64,000 bases of DNA from Amphiscolops sp. MND2022 (Eukaryota), in assembly GCA_964187785.1 (NCBI GenBank), contig OZ076409.1, forward strand, positions 24,738,001 to 24,802,000, in the 5' to 3' direction. Position numbers and translations under genes: made by a program. This document shows positions 46,701 to 60,812 of this stretch, in pieces; positions within the stretch are counted from its first letter, which is position 1, and every line of letters starts with the position of its first letter. The notes under the pieces were generated by a model. That model was not told the origin of the DNA. It saw only the letters and a program-made list of their open reading frames with translations, and made no database searches.

Positions 46701-49700
46701 TGATCATCTCTGTTTGTAGTTGCCTCTTGATATGATCCAACAGGACACTCTAGAATTAAAAAATTTCAATATCCTCAGTTCGGATTTCTTTGGAAACTAT
46801 TTTTCTGAACCGTACAGTAGAGATGGAATGTTCATGGAATTGTATACTAGCAGCTTTGACTGAGTTGAATTATTCGATGAAGAATTTCTCCGTACCTTTC
46901 GATAGACTTCATGAGTTTTAGATAGGTGTGTCTCCCCAGGTGGTTGTTTCATTTCAAGTTGTTATTTATAACGAGCACTAAGTCCGTATATACATCCGTT
47001 TTTATGAATTTCTCGGAGTACAGTTGAGCTTCAAGACCTAAAGATCTTTTGAAACCGAGATATTAGCACTTTTTAGCATTGAAAAATAACGTATTGCACT
47101 CACTCCAAGTTTGAATTTGGCATAAAGTAGACTTTAAACGATTGGGTGGATTGTTGGATCCTGTGTACACTGAAAAAAGTTCGTCAGCAAACAGGCATGA
47201 AGAAAAATATACAATATCATTTGGCAAGTCGTCGATACGTCGTTGAATAACACAAAAAAGAATAAACCAAGAAAAGAACCCCGAGAAATTCTTTTCTAAA
47301 CTTTATTGGAGTCAGATCAGGAATCGTCAATTTGAACCCTCATATATTGGTTTAAAAATATGATTCAAGAAGTTTGTACAATTTGGCAGAAAGGTGAAGT
47401 TTTGTATTGTTTTCATGAGAATGTTGTGCTTGATTGTATCAAACGCCTTTTGTGAGTCGAACAAAAAGAGTGTAACGCAATCAACATTCTGAAAACTGAA
47501 ATATATTTCATTTAGCGTCATCAACAATCTCGAGATTGGTAATCTACCAGTTCTGAAACGTATTGTCGTTCGAGCATATGAGGGGTGTAGATGTGCAGTA
47601 ATCGCTTGGGTTTAAAATTTTCAAAATACTTGCTACCAATGTTTTCAAAACTTATTATTCGATAACTCTCGTTTTTTGTCTGCGAAATTTTCTTGAATAC
47701 TGGAATGACTTTTGCTTCCTTCCAATTCCAAGGGATAGTGAAGTTCGAACTATAAAACGATGGACGTTGTAGAGCGAAGGAATTCGTGTACCTGCCGTCC
47801 TAACATACAGAATAGGAGGGATAGAATCGTGGAAACAGTTACCTGAAATTTTACCATAAGTACCTGGAATTATCAGCCATGTATAAAAGTCGTCAGCACA
47901 CAGGTTGGAAGAAAAATATACAAAATTGTTTGGCAAATTGACGATAAATAACATAACACAGAAAAGAATCAACCAAGAAATGAACCCTGGGGAACTCCTC
48001 TGTTTATTGGAATAATATAAAGCTTCATCAAATTTGACCCTCATGTAGCGATAACAAGAATATGATTCGAGGAGTTCGTACAACTTAGCAGAAAAGTCAA
48101 GGTTTTGTAGTTTTGTTCATAAGAATATCGTGAATGGTCGTATAAAACGCCTTTTGAAAATCAATTAGGAAGAGTGAAACGCATTCAACATTGGTAATAC
48201 AGGAGTATACCTCACCTAGCGTCATCAACATTCTCGAGATTGGTGATCTACCATTTCTGAAACACTATTGTCGTTCCTGCATGTGGGGTGTGTAGATGTC
48301 CAGTAATTGCTTGAATATATTCTTTTCAAAAATTTTGCTAACAATATTTAACAAACCTAATTATCGATAACTTTCGACTTTTGTCAGCGAACTTTTCTTG
48401 AATAATGGAATCCAATTTCAAGGGAACTGTTAAGTTCGAACAACACGACAAACGTGAACGTTGTAGAGCGAATGAATACGTGTACATGCCCTCCTAATAC
48501 ACAGTAAAGAAGGGATAGCACTGGACCCTCGCGCTTTAGATATTACTACTTCTTGCAGTTTGAATTATCTGATCTCTACAATTTTCAAGTCAAAAGATTC
48601 CAACTCTGTGTACTCTGACCTTATTGTTTCGCTGGTTTCTCTTTATATGGATGCAAAGAATTTCATTAGTAAATTAGTATGGGCTCTAGAACTTCTTGCA
48701 GACTAGTGTTTCCATTCTAGATGCGGCGAGATGGTAGTGTGCTTTATCTGTCTGAAGTGTTCGAACAATAATGATCAATTTTTGGAGGCAAGAGTTTATC
48801 TTGATATGTAGCAAGATCCAGAGCAATCGAAATATTAATCTCTTTTTTTTCTTCAGCTTATACCGATTTGCTTTGAAATACTGGTTGATTGTTTGGCATA
48901 CAATTTTTTGATGATTAAGAGTCTATTCATTAAATTCGAGGTTTGAAGTGTAATCCATGCAGGATACTCTTCTGTGTTGCGTTCGCCTCTGATTGGGGAA
49001 TCCAGTTTTCCAGAAATCCAAGCATACGATTCGTTAATTTTCTGCTCTATATTGGGGTAAATGAAGTTCGCCCTCCATTATTTCCTTTGATAGCCATATT
49101 TTGTTGAAAAGCATATGTTTAGCATGTATTTGCAGATATAGGTGGCAACACTATGACGTCTATCGGCTAAGTGTAAACTTTGGCAATTGAATCATTCAAC
49201 GTCTAACTTGGTATGTTTTCAATCATTTCTTCCAATTTGGATTTCATTTCCATCCTTATACAAATTTTTATCTTCCTCTGTAGTCGTTGAATTCCAGAAT
49301 CGTTTAGCTCTATGCATTTAGGCAGCAGAGTTCTTTCCACTTGTCTTTCCTCATAAATTAGCGATTTTGAAATGAATTTTCGTCTTACTGGAAATTTTTC
49401 TAGTTCATTTGTCTTCGCTAATAGTTTTCTGGCATCCCATGGGTTATTGAGCGTCACAATCATTGATGGTGGTCGCTCCGGTAAGGATCAACTCTTCCAA
49501 TACGTCGAGATTCGATAACAATTGGAGTTTCATTAAAAATTTTTATGATACAGTCCACTTTTTCTCCTTCGTGGTACAAAATTTGCTTATGCTCTTTATC
49601 GGTTTCTGGTATACCGTCAGTTTTTCTTTGCAAACTAGTATCTTCTTGCTGGAAAAAAGAATTGGGAATTCCTCTTTACACTCTGACATATTGATTCATT

Positions 49701-49820
49701 ATTGCTCAATCTTATCATGAAGAGGCTTTGTAGATGCTTCAACAATCGAATCAGTAAATTCCTTAATGGAATCAATGAAAAGTTTGGTTACACTTGGTTG
49801 TTGTAGATCATACTCGACCA
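43725..49820. repeat. Large diverged inverted duplication of a CR1/L2-group LINE (arms ~43725-45990 plus and ~46325-49820 minus)
   Basis: ORF1 end (IRRIGKFDP..LIVTL), RT (KWKEAKVIPVFKK, DFQKAFDT, FADDL) and 3' segments all occur mirrored, e.g. GGTAGATCACCAATCTTGAGAATGTTGATGACGCTAGGTGAGG at ~44594 versus its complement at ~48212. Confidence 0.8.
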
Positions 49821-52800
49821 GTTGTAAACAGGTCTCGCAGAACTATCGGAATCGCTTGATTTTTTTTGTTTGAGGGTAAACTTCCTTCGTCACGTCACTA
49901 CAGGCCAGATGAAACTAGTTAAAGTAGTTTGAGCACTGTTATTCATCGGAGATGTCCGCCACACTGGTTGTACATATTCGATACTTGTAGGTTCTGCTAG
50001 CAAACGTCTCCGTCCACGTGCAGCATGCATTTTTTCTCATACAATTTATTAAGTTTATCACAACAATTTGTTGGCGTGATAGTATTAGTATTGTGAATCA
50101 GATCGTGTCACACACGATTATTCTTGTGTTCTTCAGTTTGTCAGATTTGAGATAGCTGTGAACGTCTTTTGATTTATTCACAGACCCTGGGTTCGGGCTA
50201 AAACCGGTATGGACGAGTGCTCGTTGTTGCTTATTTAAACGGATTTGATGACTTTCAATGGAATTGAACAATTAAGTAGCAGCAATGATCTTGAGCATAC
50301 TAATTTTGAAACATCTTCTGGTCAGGACACCAATTGTGTTTCATGCGGATTAAAACATTTCAACAAAACTAGTATTCATTCATTAGAAGGCACATACCGA
50401 AGAGGCATCAAGTCTTCATCTAAAAAAAAGCAATTTTAATATATACGCAGGTCTATATTGTTATACAACCTCACAATATCATATCGAAAAATCTAGACGC
50501 TTTCCACAGGAAACAGTTCAGAAAGTGTCTAGATATAAACTATCCGAAAATCCTGAAAAATGATGAATTATATGCCATAACCAAAGTAGTTTCTACTTCA
50601 TAACACATTGAGACGAGACGTAAGGCTCACTTGGGGCATGTTCTGCGACGAAATCTTCCAATCAGAAGAACTCTTCACAATATCAAAAAGTTACCACCAA
50701 AGGGACGGGCCAAGGCCAATATCCTGAAGACCTATTCACACGATTTATCCTCTGACAGTTTGCCGACGTGGCTGATGATGGCTCTGGCAAAGAAATTGCG
50801 AACTCATATTTCTATTTGCTAAACTGAACTGAAGTTTTAATAGACATATAAATCAGTGAATACACCCTCCAAGAGTGTGACACGAATCGGGTCGGAAATT
50901 TTCGGTCACAATTCAAGCGATAAGCCGGGGTCGAGAGAACGGAAACGAAATAAAATGATCGAATCCTCGCATCGAAATGTCAAAATTAGTGATCCTGGTC
51001 GAAACAACTTGGATCGACATATGGCGGTCTACATGAAACCTCCCGATTTGGAATTGATTCAGAGAATAAAACGTGCCTCGAATATGTCCCCGTTTCCTCT
51101 AGTGCCCCGCGGCCCTAGGGGGCCGCTTATGCTCCCATCTTGCTGAGCGAGGTCGAACAGAAGCAAAGACCTAGCGGGAACGGAGATCGCGTAGCGATCG
51201 CGGTGGGTGCTGGTCTTTGCGACGTTGAGGGCGAGCGTACATACACCGTATATGACCCCCATTTTTTTCGATCAATTTCGCAAAATTTTGCCATTTCGAC
51301 CTAGTTATGTCCACCGGAAAACTATATCCCTTGAATTTCGACGTAATTTCTTTTCGACTTGGGTTTGTCCACCAAAAATATTCGACTTGGTTATATGTGG
51401 CCCTCTGAGGAACACTGGCTTGCAACTGGCTCGACGGCATTCAGCAAAGCTTCTAAGGACCCATTTACCTGAATTCTCTCAAGTTTTGTTCTGAAATCCT
51501 GATACCCAAATTGGACTGATAAAGACCTCTCTGCTTTGGTCTTGTTTCAATCTAGTTTGTCATCCGTTTTGCTGTTGTTGAAGTATCATTACCTGTATTT
51601 GATGTTTTTCTAATTGATCTATGTTGCTGAAATTGAAGATTGATGTCACGGTTGTGGATGCTCATACACCCAGTGGCCTAAACAGGGGGTATCAAAAATT
51701 AATTGAGTGAAAATTAATTGCAAATATTTGCGGAGAATTAATTGATTGCAGCAAGTAGCAAATAAAATTAAATGATTTTTGCAAATCAATTAATTGCAAC
51801 TATTTGCAACTTTTGAGCAGCCTAAAAATTGACCTATTATCGGTTGCTACCGCAGTGGCATTTACTTTTTTATAGTCGCCAAATAGACGCGGGTTGAGTT
51901 TGTTCGCCTACTTATGTAATTTTTTTTCAGATCAATTTTTGCAACTATCATTGCCAGTCGCAAAAGACATTGAAATATTTTCATCAAATCCCTGATTGTG
52001 ATAGTCAGTGGAAATGTGTCTGTGGTAAAGTGAAACTTATCAAGATTGTTATTACTGGAAAATATCTCACTTAGCGTCATCAACATTCTCAAGATTGGTG
52101 ATCTACCAGTTCTGAAACCCTATTGTCGTTCCTGCATGTGGGGTGTGAAGTTGTCCAGTAATGGCTTGAATATATTTTTTTCAAAAATTTTGCTACCAAT
52201 ATTTAACAAACCTTATTATTGGTAACTTTCGACTTTTGTCAGCGAACGTTTCTTGAATAATGGAATCCAATTTCAAGGGAATTGTTAAGTTCGAACAAAA
52301 CGACAAACGTATAGAGCGAATGAATACGTGTACATGCTCTCCTAATATACAGTACAGGAGGGATAGCATTGGGGCCCCGCGCTTTAGATATTACTACTTT
52401 TTTGCAAGTTGAATTATCGGATTTCTACAATTTTCAAGTCAAAGGATTCCAACTCAGTGTACTCTGACCTTATTGTTTCGCTGGTTTCTCTTTAAATGGA
52501 TGCAAAAAATTTCATTAGTAAATTAGTTCGGGCTCCAGAACTTCTTGCAGACTATTGTTTCCATTCTAGATGCGGTGAGATGGTAGTGTGCTTTATCTGT
52601 CTGAAGTGTTCGAACATTAATGATCCGTTTTTGGAGGCAAGATTTCATCTTGATCAGTAGCAAGATCCAGAGCAATCGAAATATCAATCTCTCTGTTTTT
52701 TTCTTCAGCACATACCGATTTGCCTTGAAATACTGCTTGATTGTTTGACATACATTTTTTTGATGATTGAGAGTCTATTCATTAAATGCGAGGTACGAAG

Positions 52801-55800
52801 TGTAATCCATGCGTTAATCAATGCGTGTAATCCATCCAAGTAGATACTCTTCTGTGTTGCGTTCGCCTCGGATTGGGGAATCCAGTTTTCCAGAAATCCA
52901 AGCATGCGATTCTTTAACTTTCTGCTCTATTTTAGGGTAAATGAAGTTCTTCCTCCATTATTTCCTTTGATAGCCATTTTCTGTTGAAAGGCATATGTCT
53001 GGCATGTATTTGCAGATACAGGTGGCAACACTATGACGTCTATCGGCTAAGTGTAGACTTTGGCAATTGAATTATTTAACGTCTAACTTGATATGTAGTC
53101 AATCATTTCTTCCAATTTGGATCTCATTTCCATCCTTATACAAATTCTGATCTTCCTCTGTAGTCGTTGAATTCCAGAATCGCTAAGCTCTATGCATTTA
53201 GGCAGCAGAGTTCTTTCCACTTGTCTTTCCCCATAAGTTAGCGATTTTGAAATGAATTTTCGTCCTACTGGAAATTTTTCTAGTTCATTTGTCTTCGCTA
53301 TTGTTTTCCGGCATCCCATGGGTTTATGATCGTCACAATCTTTGATGGTGGTCGCTCCGGAGAGGATCAAACTTTCCAATACGTCGAATTTTGATAACAG
53401 TTGGACTATCATTGAAAAATTTTATGATACCGTCCACTTTTTCTTCTTCGTGGTACAAAATTTGCTTATGCTTTTTATCGGCTTCTGGTATACCGTGAGT
53501 TTTTCTTTGCAAACTAGTATCTTCTTGCTGGAAAAAAGAAATAGGAATATTTTTCTCCTGCGCTTGGATTTGATGTTCAGCAATTTCTTCTTTACATTCT
53601 GACATATTGATTGATTATTGCTCAATCTTATCATGAAGAGGCTTTATAGATGCTTCAACAGTCGAATCAGTACATTCCTTAATCGAATCAACAAAACGTT
53701 TGGTCACACTTGGTTGTTGTAGACCATACTCGACCAGTTGTAAACAGGTCTCGCAGAACTATTGGAATCTCTTGTCTTTTTTTACCTTGAGGGTAAACTT
53801 CCTTCGTGACGTCACTACAGGCCAGATGCAACTAATTTAAGCAGTTTGAGCACTGTTATTCATCGGAGATGTCGGCCACACTGGTTGTACATATTCGATA
53901 CTTGTAGGTTCTGCTAGCAAACGTCCCCGTCCACGTACAGCATGCATTTTATCTCAAACAATTTATAAAGTTTATCACAACAATTTATCGGCGTGATAGT
54001 ATTAGTATTGTGAATCAGATCGTGTCATACACGATTATTCTTTTATTCTTCAGTTCGTCAGATTTGAGATAGCTGTGATCGTCTTTTGATTTATTCACAG
54101 ACTCTGGGTTCGGGCTAAAACCGGTATGGACGAGTGCTCGTTGTTGCTTACGTAAACGGATTTGATGACTTTCAATGGGATTGAACAATTAAGTCGCTGC
54201 AATGATCTTGAGCATACTAATATTGAAACGCGTTCTGGTCAGAACATCAATTGTGTTTCATGCGGATCAAAACACTTCAATAAAACTATTATACATTCAT
54301 TAGAAGGCACAAACCAAAGAGACATCATATCTTCATCTAAAATAAAGCAGTTTTAATATATACGCAGGTCTATATTGTTATACAACCTCACAATATCGAA
54401 AAATCTAGACGCTTTCCCAGGAAACAGCTCAGAAAGTGTCTAGATATAAACTATCCAAAAATCCAAAAAAATGATGAATTATATGGCATAACCAAAGTAG
54501 TTCCTATTTCAGAACACATTGAGACGAGACGTAAGGCTCACTTGGGGCATGTTCTGCGACGAAATCATCCAATCAGAAGATTTCTTCACAATATCAAAAA
54601 GTTACCACCGATTGGACGGGCCAAGGCTAATATCCTGAAGACCTATTCACAAGATTTATCCTCTGACAGTTTGCAGACGTGGCTGACGATGGCTCTGGCA
54701 AAAAAAATGCGAACTCATATTTCTATTTGCTAAACTGAACTGAAGTTTTGATAGACATATAAATCAGTGAATACACCCTCCAAGAGTTTGACACGAATCG
54801 GGTTGGAAATTTTCGGTCAAAATTCAAGCGTTAAGCCGGGGTCGAGAGAACGGAATCGAAATAAAATGATCGAATCTTCGCATCGAAATGTCAAAATTAG
54901 TGATCCTGGTCAAAACAACTTGGATCGACATATGGCGGGCTACATGAAACCTCCCGATTTGGAATTGATTCAGAGAATAAAACGTGCCTTATACATGTCC
55001 CCATTTCCTCTAGTGCCCCGCGGCCCTAGGGGGCAGCTTATGCTCCCATCTTGCTGAGCGAGGTCGAACAGAAGCAAAGACCTAGCGGGAACGGAGATGG
55101 CGTAGCGATCGGGGTGGGAGCTGGTCTTTGCGACGTTGAGGGCGAGCGTACATACACCGTATATGACCCCCCATTTTTTTCGATCATTTTCGCGAAATTT
55201 TGCCATTTCGACCTAGTTATGTCCACCGAAAAACTATCTCCCTTGAATTTCGACCTAATTTCTTTTCGACCTGGGTTTTTCCATCAAAATATTTCGACTT
55301 GGTTCTTTGTCGCCCTCTGAGGAACACCGGCTCGCAACTGGCTCGACGGCATTCAGCAAAGCTTCTAAGGACCCATTTACCTGAATTCTCTCAAGTTTTG
55401 TTCTGAAATCTTGATAACCAAATTAGACTGATAAAAGACCTCTCTGCTTTGATCTTGTTTCAATCTAGTTTGTCATCCGTTTTGCTGTTGTTGAAGTATC
55501 ATTACCTGTTTATGATGTTTTTCTATATGATCTATGTTGCTGAAATTGAAGATCGATGTCACGGTTGTGGATGCTCTTACACTCAGTGGCCTGAACAGGG
55601 GGTATCGGAATTTATTTGAGTGAAAATTAATTGCAATTATTTGCGGAGAATTAATTGATTGCAGCAAGTAGCAATTTAAATTAACTGATTTTTGAACATC
55701 AATTAATTGCAATTAATTGCAACTTTTGAGCAGCCTAAAAATTGACCTATTATCGGTTGCTACCGCAGTGGCATTAACTTTTATTATAGTCGCCAAATAG

Positions 55801-58800
55801 ACGCGGATTGAGTTTGTTCACCTACTTATGTGAATACTTTTCAGATCAATTTTTGCAACTATCATTGCCGGTCGCAAAAGACATTGAAATATTTTCATCA
55901 AATCCCTGATTGTGATAGTCAGTGGAAATATGTCTGTGGTAAAGTGAAACTTATCAAGATTGTTATTACTGGAAAATACCTCACTTAGCGTCATCAACAT
56001 TCTCAAGATTGGTGATCTACCAGTTTCGAAACCCTATTGTCGTTCCTGCATGGGGGTATGTAGATGTCCAGTAATGGCTTGAATATATTCTTTTCAAAAA
56101 TTTTGCTACCAATATATAACAAACCTAATTATCGGTATCTTTCGACTTTTGTCAGCGAACGTTTCTTGAATAATGGAATCCAATTTCAAAGGAATTGTTA
56201 AGTTCGAACAAAACGGCAAACGTTGTAGAGCGAATGAATACGTGTACATGCTCTCCTAATATACAGTACGGGAGGGATAGCATTGGGGTCTCGCGCTTTA
56301 GATATTACTACTTTTTTGCAAGTTGAATTATCTGATTTCTACAATTTTCAAGTCAACGGATACCAACTCAGTGTACTCTGACCTTATTGTTTCGCTGGTT
56401 TCTTTTTAAATGGATGCAAAGAATTTCATTAGTAAATTAGGTCGGGCTTTAGAACTTCTTGCAGACTAGTGTTTCCATTCTAGATGCGGCGAGAAGGTAG
56501 TGTGCTTTATCTGTCTGAAGTGTTCGAACAATAATGATCCATTTTTGGAGGCAAGATTTTATCTTGATATGTAGCAAGATCCAGAGCAATCGAAATATCA
56601 ATCTCTTTTTTTTTCTTCAGCACGTACCGATTGAGCTTTGAAATACTGTTTGATTGTTTGACATACAATTTTTTGATGATTGAGAGTCTATTCATTAAAT
56701 TCGAGGTATGAAGTGTAATCCATGCGGGATACACTTCTGTGTTGCGTTCGCCTCGGATTGGGGAATCCAGTTTTCCAGAAATCCGAGCATACGATTCTTT
56801 AACTTTCTGCTCTATATTGGGGTAAAAGAAGTTCGCCCTCCTTTATTTCCTTTGATAGCCATATTTTGTTGAAAAGCATATGTTTGGCATGTATTTGCAG
56901 ATACAGGTGGCAACACTATGACGTCTATCGGCTAAGTGTAATCTTTGGCAATTGAATCATTTAACGTCTAACTTGGTATGTTGTCAATCATTTCTTCCAA
57001 TTTGGATCTCATTTCCATCCTTATACAAACTCTTATCTTCCTCTGTGGTCATTGAATTCCAGAATCGCTTAGCTCTATGCATTTAGACAGCAGAGTTCTT
57101 TCCACTTGTCTTTCCTCATTAGTTAGCGATTTTGAAATTAATTTTCGTCCTACTGGAAATTTCTCTAGTTCACTTGTCTTCGCTAATAGTTTTCTGGCAT
57201 CCCTTGGGTTATTGAGCGTCACAATCACTGATGGTGGTCGCTCCGGAGAGGATCAAAATTTCCAATAGGTCGAATTTCGATAACAGTTGGACTTTCATTG
57301 AAAATTTATATGATACCGTCCACGTTTTCTTCTTCGTGGTACAAAATTTGTTTATGCTCTTTATCGGCTTCTGATTTACCGTCAGTTTTTCTGTGCAAAC
57401 TAGTATCTTCTTGCTGGAAAAAAGAATTACGAATATTTTTCTCCTGCCCTTGGATTTGATAATCAGCAATTTCCTCTTTACACTCTGACATATTGATTGA
57501 ATATTGCTCAACCTTATCATGAAGTGGCTTTATAGATGCTTCAACAGTCGAGTCAATACATTCCTTAATGGAATCAACAAAAATTTTGGTCACACTTGGT
57601 TGTTGTAGACCATACTCGACCAGTTGTAAACAGGTCTCGCAGAACTATTGGAATCGCTTGATTTTTTTACCTTGCGGGCAAACGTCTTTCGTCACGTCAC
57701 TACAGCCCAGATGGAACTAGTTTATGCAGTTTGAGCACTGCTCTTCATCGGAGATGTCGGCCACACTGGTTATACATATTCGATACTTGTAGGTTCTGCT
57801 AGAAAACGTCCCCGTCCACGTGCAGCATGCATTTTATCTCAAACAATTTTTTAAGTTTATCACAACAATTTATTGGCTTGATAGTATTAGTATTGTGAAT
57901 CAGATCGTGTCACACACGATTATTCTTATATTCTTCAGTTCGTCAGATTTTAGATAGCTGTGAACGTCTTTTGATTTATTCACAGACTCCGGGCTCAGGC
58001 TAAAACCGGTATGGACGATGGCTCGTTGTTGCTTACGTAAACGGGGGTTGATGACTTTCAATGGAATTGTACATTTAAGTGGCAGCAATGATCTTGAGCA
58101 TACTAACTTTGAAACGTCTTCTGGTCAGGACACCAATTGTGTTTCCTGCGGATCAAAACACTTCAATAAAACTAGTATTCATTCAATAAAAGGCACATAC
58201 CAAAGAGACATCATGTCTTCGTCTAAAGTAAAGCAGTTTTAATAAATACGCAGGTCTATATTGTTATACAACCTCACAATATCGAAAAATCTAGACGCTT
58301 TCCACAGGAAACAGCTCAGAAAGTGTCTAGATATAAACTATCCAAAAATCCTGAAAAATGATAAATCATATGCCATAACCAAAGTAGTTCCTATTTCAGA
58401 ACACATCGACACGAGACGGAAGGCTCACTTGGGGCATGTCCTGCGACGGAATCATCCAATCAGAAGAATTCTTTACAATGTCAGAAAGTTACCACCAAAG
58501 GGACGGGCCAAGGCCAATATCTTGAAGACCTATTCACAAGATTTATCCTCTGACAGTTTGCAGACGTGGCAGACGATGGCACTGGCAAATAAATTGTGAA
58601 CTCATAATTCTATTTGCTAAACTGAATTGAAGTTTTTATAAACATATAAATCAGTGAATACACCCTCCAAGAGTGTGACACGAATCGGGTTGGAAATTTT
58701 CGGTCAAAATTCAAGCGATAAACTGGGGTCGAAAGAACGGAATCGAAATAAAATGATCGAATCCTCGCATCGAAAAGTCAAAATTAGCGATGCAGGTCGA

Positions 58801-59826
58801 AACAACTTGGATCGACATATGGCTGGCTACATGAAACTTCTCGATATGGAATTGATTTAGAGAATAAAACGTGCCTCGAATATGTCCCCAGTTCCTCTAG
58901 TGCCCCGCGGACCTAGTGGGCCGCTTATGCTCCCATCTTGCTGAGCGAAGTCGAACAGAAGCAAAGACCTAGCGGGAACGGAGATCACGTAGCGATCGTA
59001 GTGGAGCTGGTCTTTGCGACGTTGAGGGCGATTGTACATACACCGTATATGACCCCCCATTTTTTTCGATCATTTTTGCGAAATTTTGCCATTTCGACCT
59101 AGTTACGTCGACCAAAAAACTATCTCCCTTGAATTTCGACGTAGTTTCTTTTCGACCTGGGTTTTTCCACCAAAAATTTTCGACTTGGTTATATGTCGCC
59201 CTCTGAGGAACACTGGCTCGCAACTGGCTCGACGGCATTCACCAAAGCTTCTAAGGACCCATTTACCTGAATTCTCTCAAGTTTTGTTCTGAAATCCTGA
59301 TACCCAAGTTGGACTGATAAAAGACCTCTCTGCTTTGGTCTTGTTTCAATCTAGTTTGTCATCCGTTTTGCTGTTGTTGAAGTATCATTACCTGTATATG
59401 ATGTTTTTCTATATGATCTATGTTGCTGAAATTGAAGATCGATGTCACGGTTGTGGATGCTCTTACACCCAGTGGCCTGAACAGGGGGTATCGGAAATTA
59501 TTTGAGTGAAAATTATTTGCAATTATTTGCGGAGAATTAATTGATTGCAGCAAGTAGCAATTAAAATCAATTGATTTTTGAACATCAATTAATTGCAATT
59601 AATTGCAACTTTTGAGTAGCCTAAAAATTGACCGATTATCGGTTGCTACCGCAGTGGCATTAACTTTTATTATAGTGGCCAAATAGACGCGGATTGAGTT
59701 TGTTCACCTATTTATGTAAATATTTTTCAGATCAATTTTTGCAACTAACATTGCCAGTCGCAAAAGACATTGAAATATTTTTATCAAATCCCTGATTCTG
59801 ATAGTGGAAATGTGTCTGTGGTAAAG
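48200..59826. repeat. Tandem triplication of a ~3.9-kb composite TE unit
   Basis: Markers recur at ~3.9-kb spacing: GTCATCAACATTCTC (~48221, 52077, 55989), ATGACTTTCAATGG (~50248, 54165, 58049), CGTGCCT (~51072, 54983, 58870). Confidence 0.93.
50000..50835 (+). mobile_element. RTE-clade LINE 3' fragment (also at ~53920-54745 and ~57810-58635)
   Basis: LDAFHRKQLRKCL.I.YP..L.NDELY and RRKAHLGHVLRR C-terminal motifs; CTGAACTGAA tail as in RTE/BovB-type elements. Confidence 0.8.
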
Positions 59827-60272
59827 TCTTGAGTCAAAAAAGAATTCCGGGTTTACCAATTTGTTCAATCACAATAAATCGCAACACCCTGCCAGTTCTT
59901 GTAGTGACTTTGCAGTAGAGCTCCTCAAGAAAAAAATATCAGAGCGAAAATCTTCAGAGTACATGAAAGTCAAATTCATTCTTCCAACCTCAAACCTAGT
60001 GGAGAGATTTTTAGTACCGCAACTTACCAATACAGTGATCTGAGAAGAAACCTTTTGCTATACAACCTGGAAATGCAGCTTTCTTTGAAGCTGAACCAAA
60101 GATTCTGGGACTGAAAATTGGTATCATCCGTATTGTAACTGTGTAAATATTAGTCTCTTAGGACTGTTTTAGATTGGCAATCATTTGCAATTATTAGTTT
60201 TCATAGTAGGTAGGTAAAATTAATCGGCTTTTAGAAACAGAGTGTTTTCAATAAAATGCAATTACATTTTGA

Positions 60273-60611
60273 GGGTGGCTGTAAATAGGTCGAATTTTTC
60301 TGGTCGAAAGGACAGAGGTCGAACCTTTTGATCGAATTGCAGGGATCGAATGGAACGCGGTCGAATTTTATCATTTTTGTTGTATGGCTCGGTCGCTTCG
60401 CTCCCTTCGCCAAGTAGCAACATTGAGGCATGGCCATATGGCACGTCGCTTCGCTCCTGCATTCAGGGCACTAGGGGTATGTGAACATATCTGACTACGT
60501 TATAAAAATTTCGATCCGAGTTGTTTCGATCCCATTCAAAAATTTGGTATGTCGACCTGAGGACTAACTCTGATTTTCGATCTTGTTCCTTCGACCTATT
60601 TCCGCCCACCC
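60273..60611 (-). mobile_element. Third copy of the Mutator-like MITE
   Basis: Reverse complement of 29979-30328; degenerate TSD ACATTTTGA/AATTTTTGA. Confidence 0.85.
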
Positions 60612-60812
60612 AATTTTTGATACCCCCTGGGCCTGAATCAAGGCTCCTTATGCAACCGGGGAACCACTGCCACCGAGGCTGAAGCGCATAAGATTGAGAA
60701 GTGTCGCGAATTACTTGTAAAAATCTGAATTGAGACAAGCCAACACAAATAAAACATGATTCACAAGTTAATAGACAATGGACACATTTTTCAACCAGTA
60801 GCAGGGTTCTTT

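Noticed and set aside
50856-59598. Thrice-repeated short ORFs (MNTPSKS..., MPSSQL..., MQLIDVQK...) as a gene family
   Set aside because: They are frames in triplicated MITE and LINE debris, with stops and indels that differ between copies.
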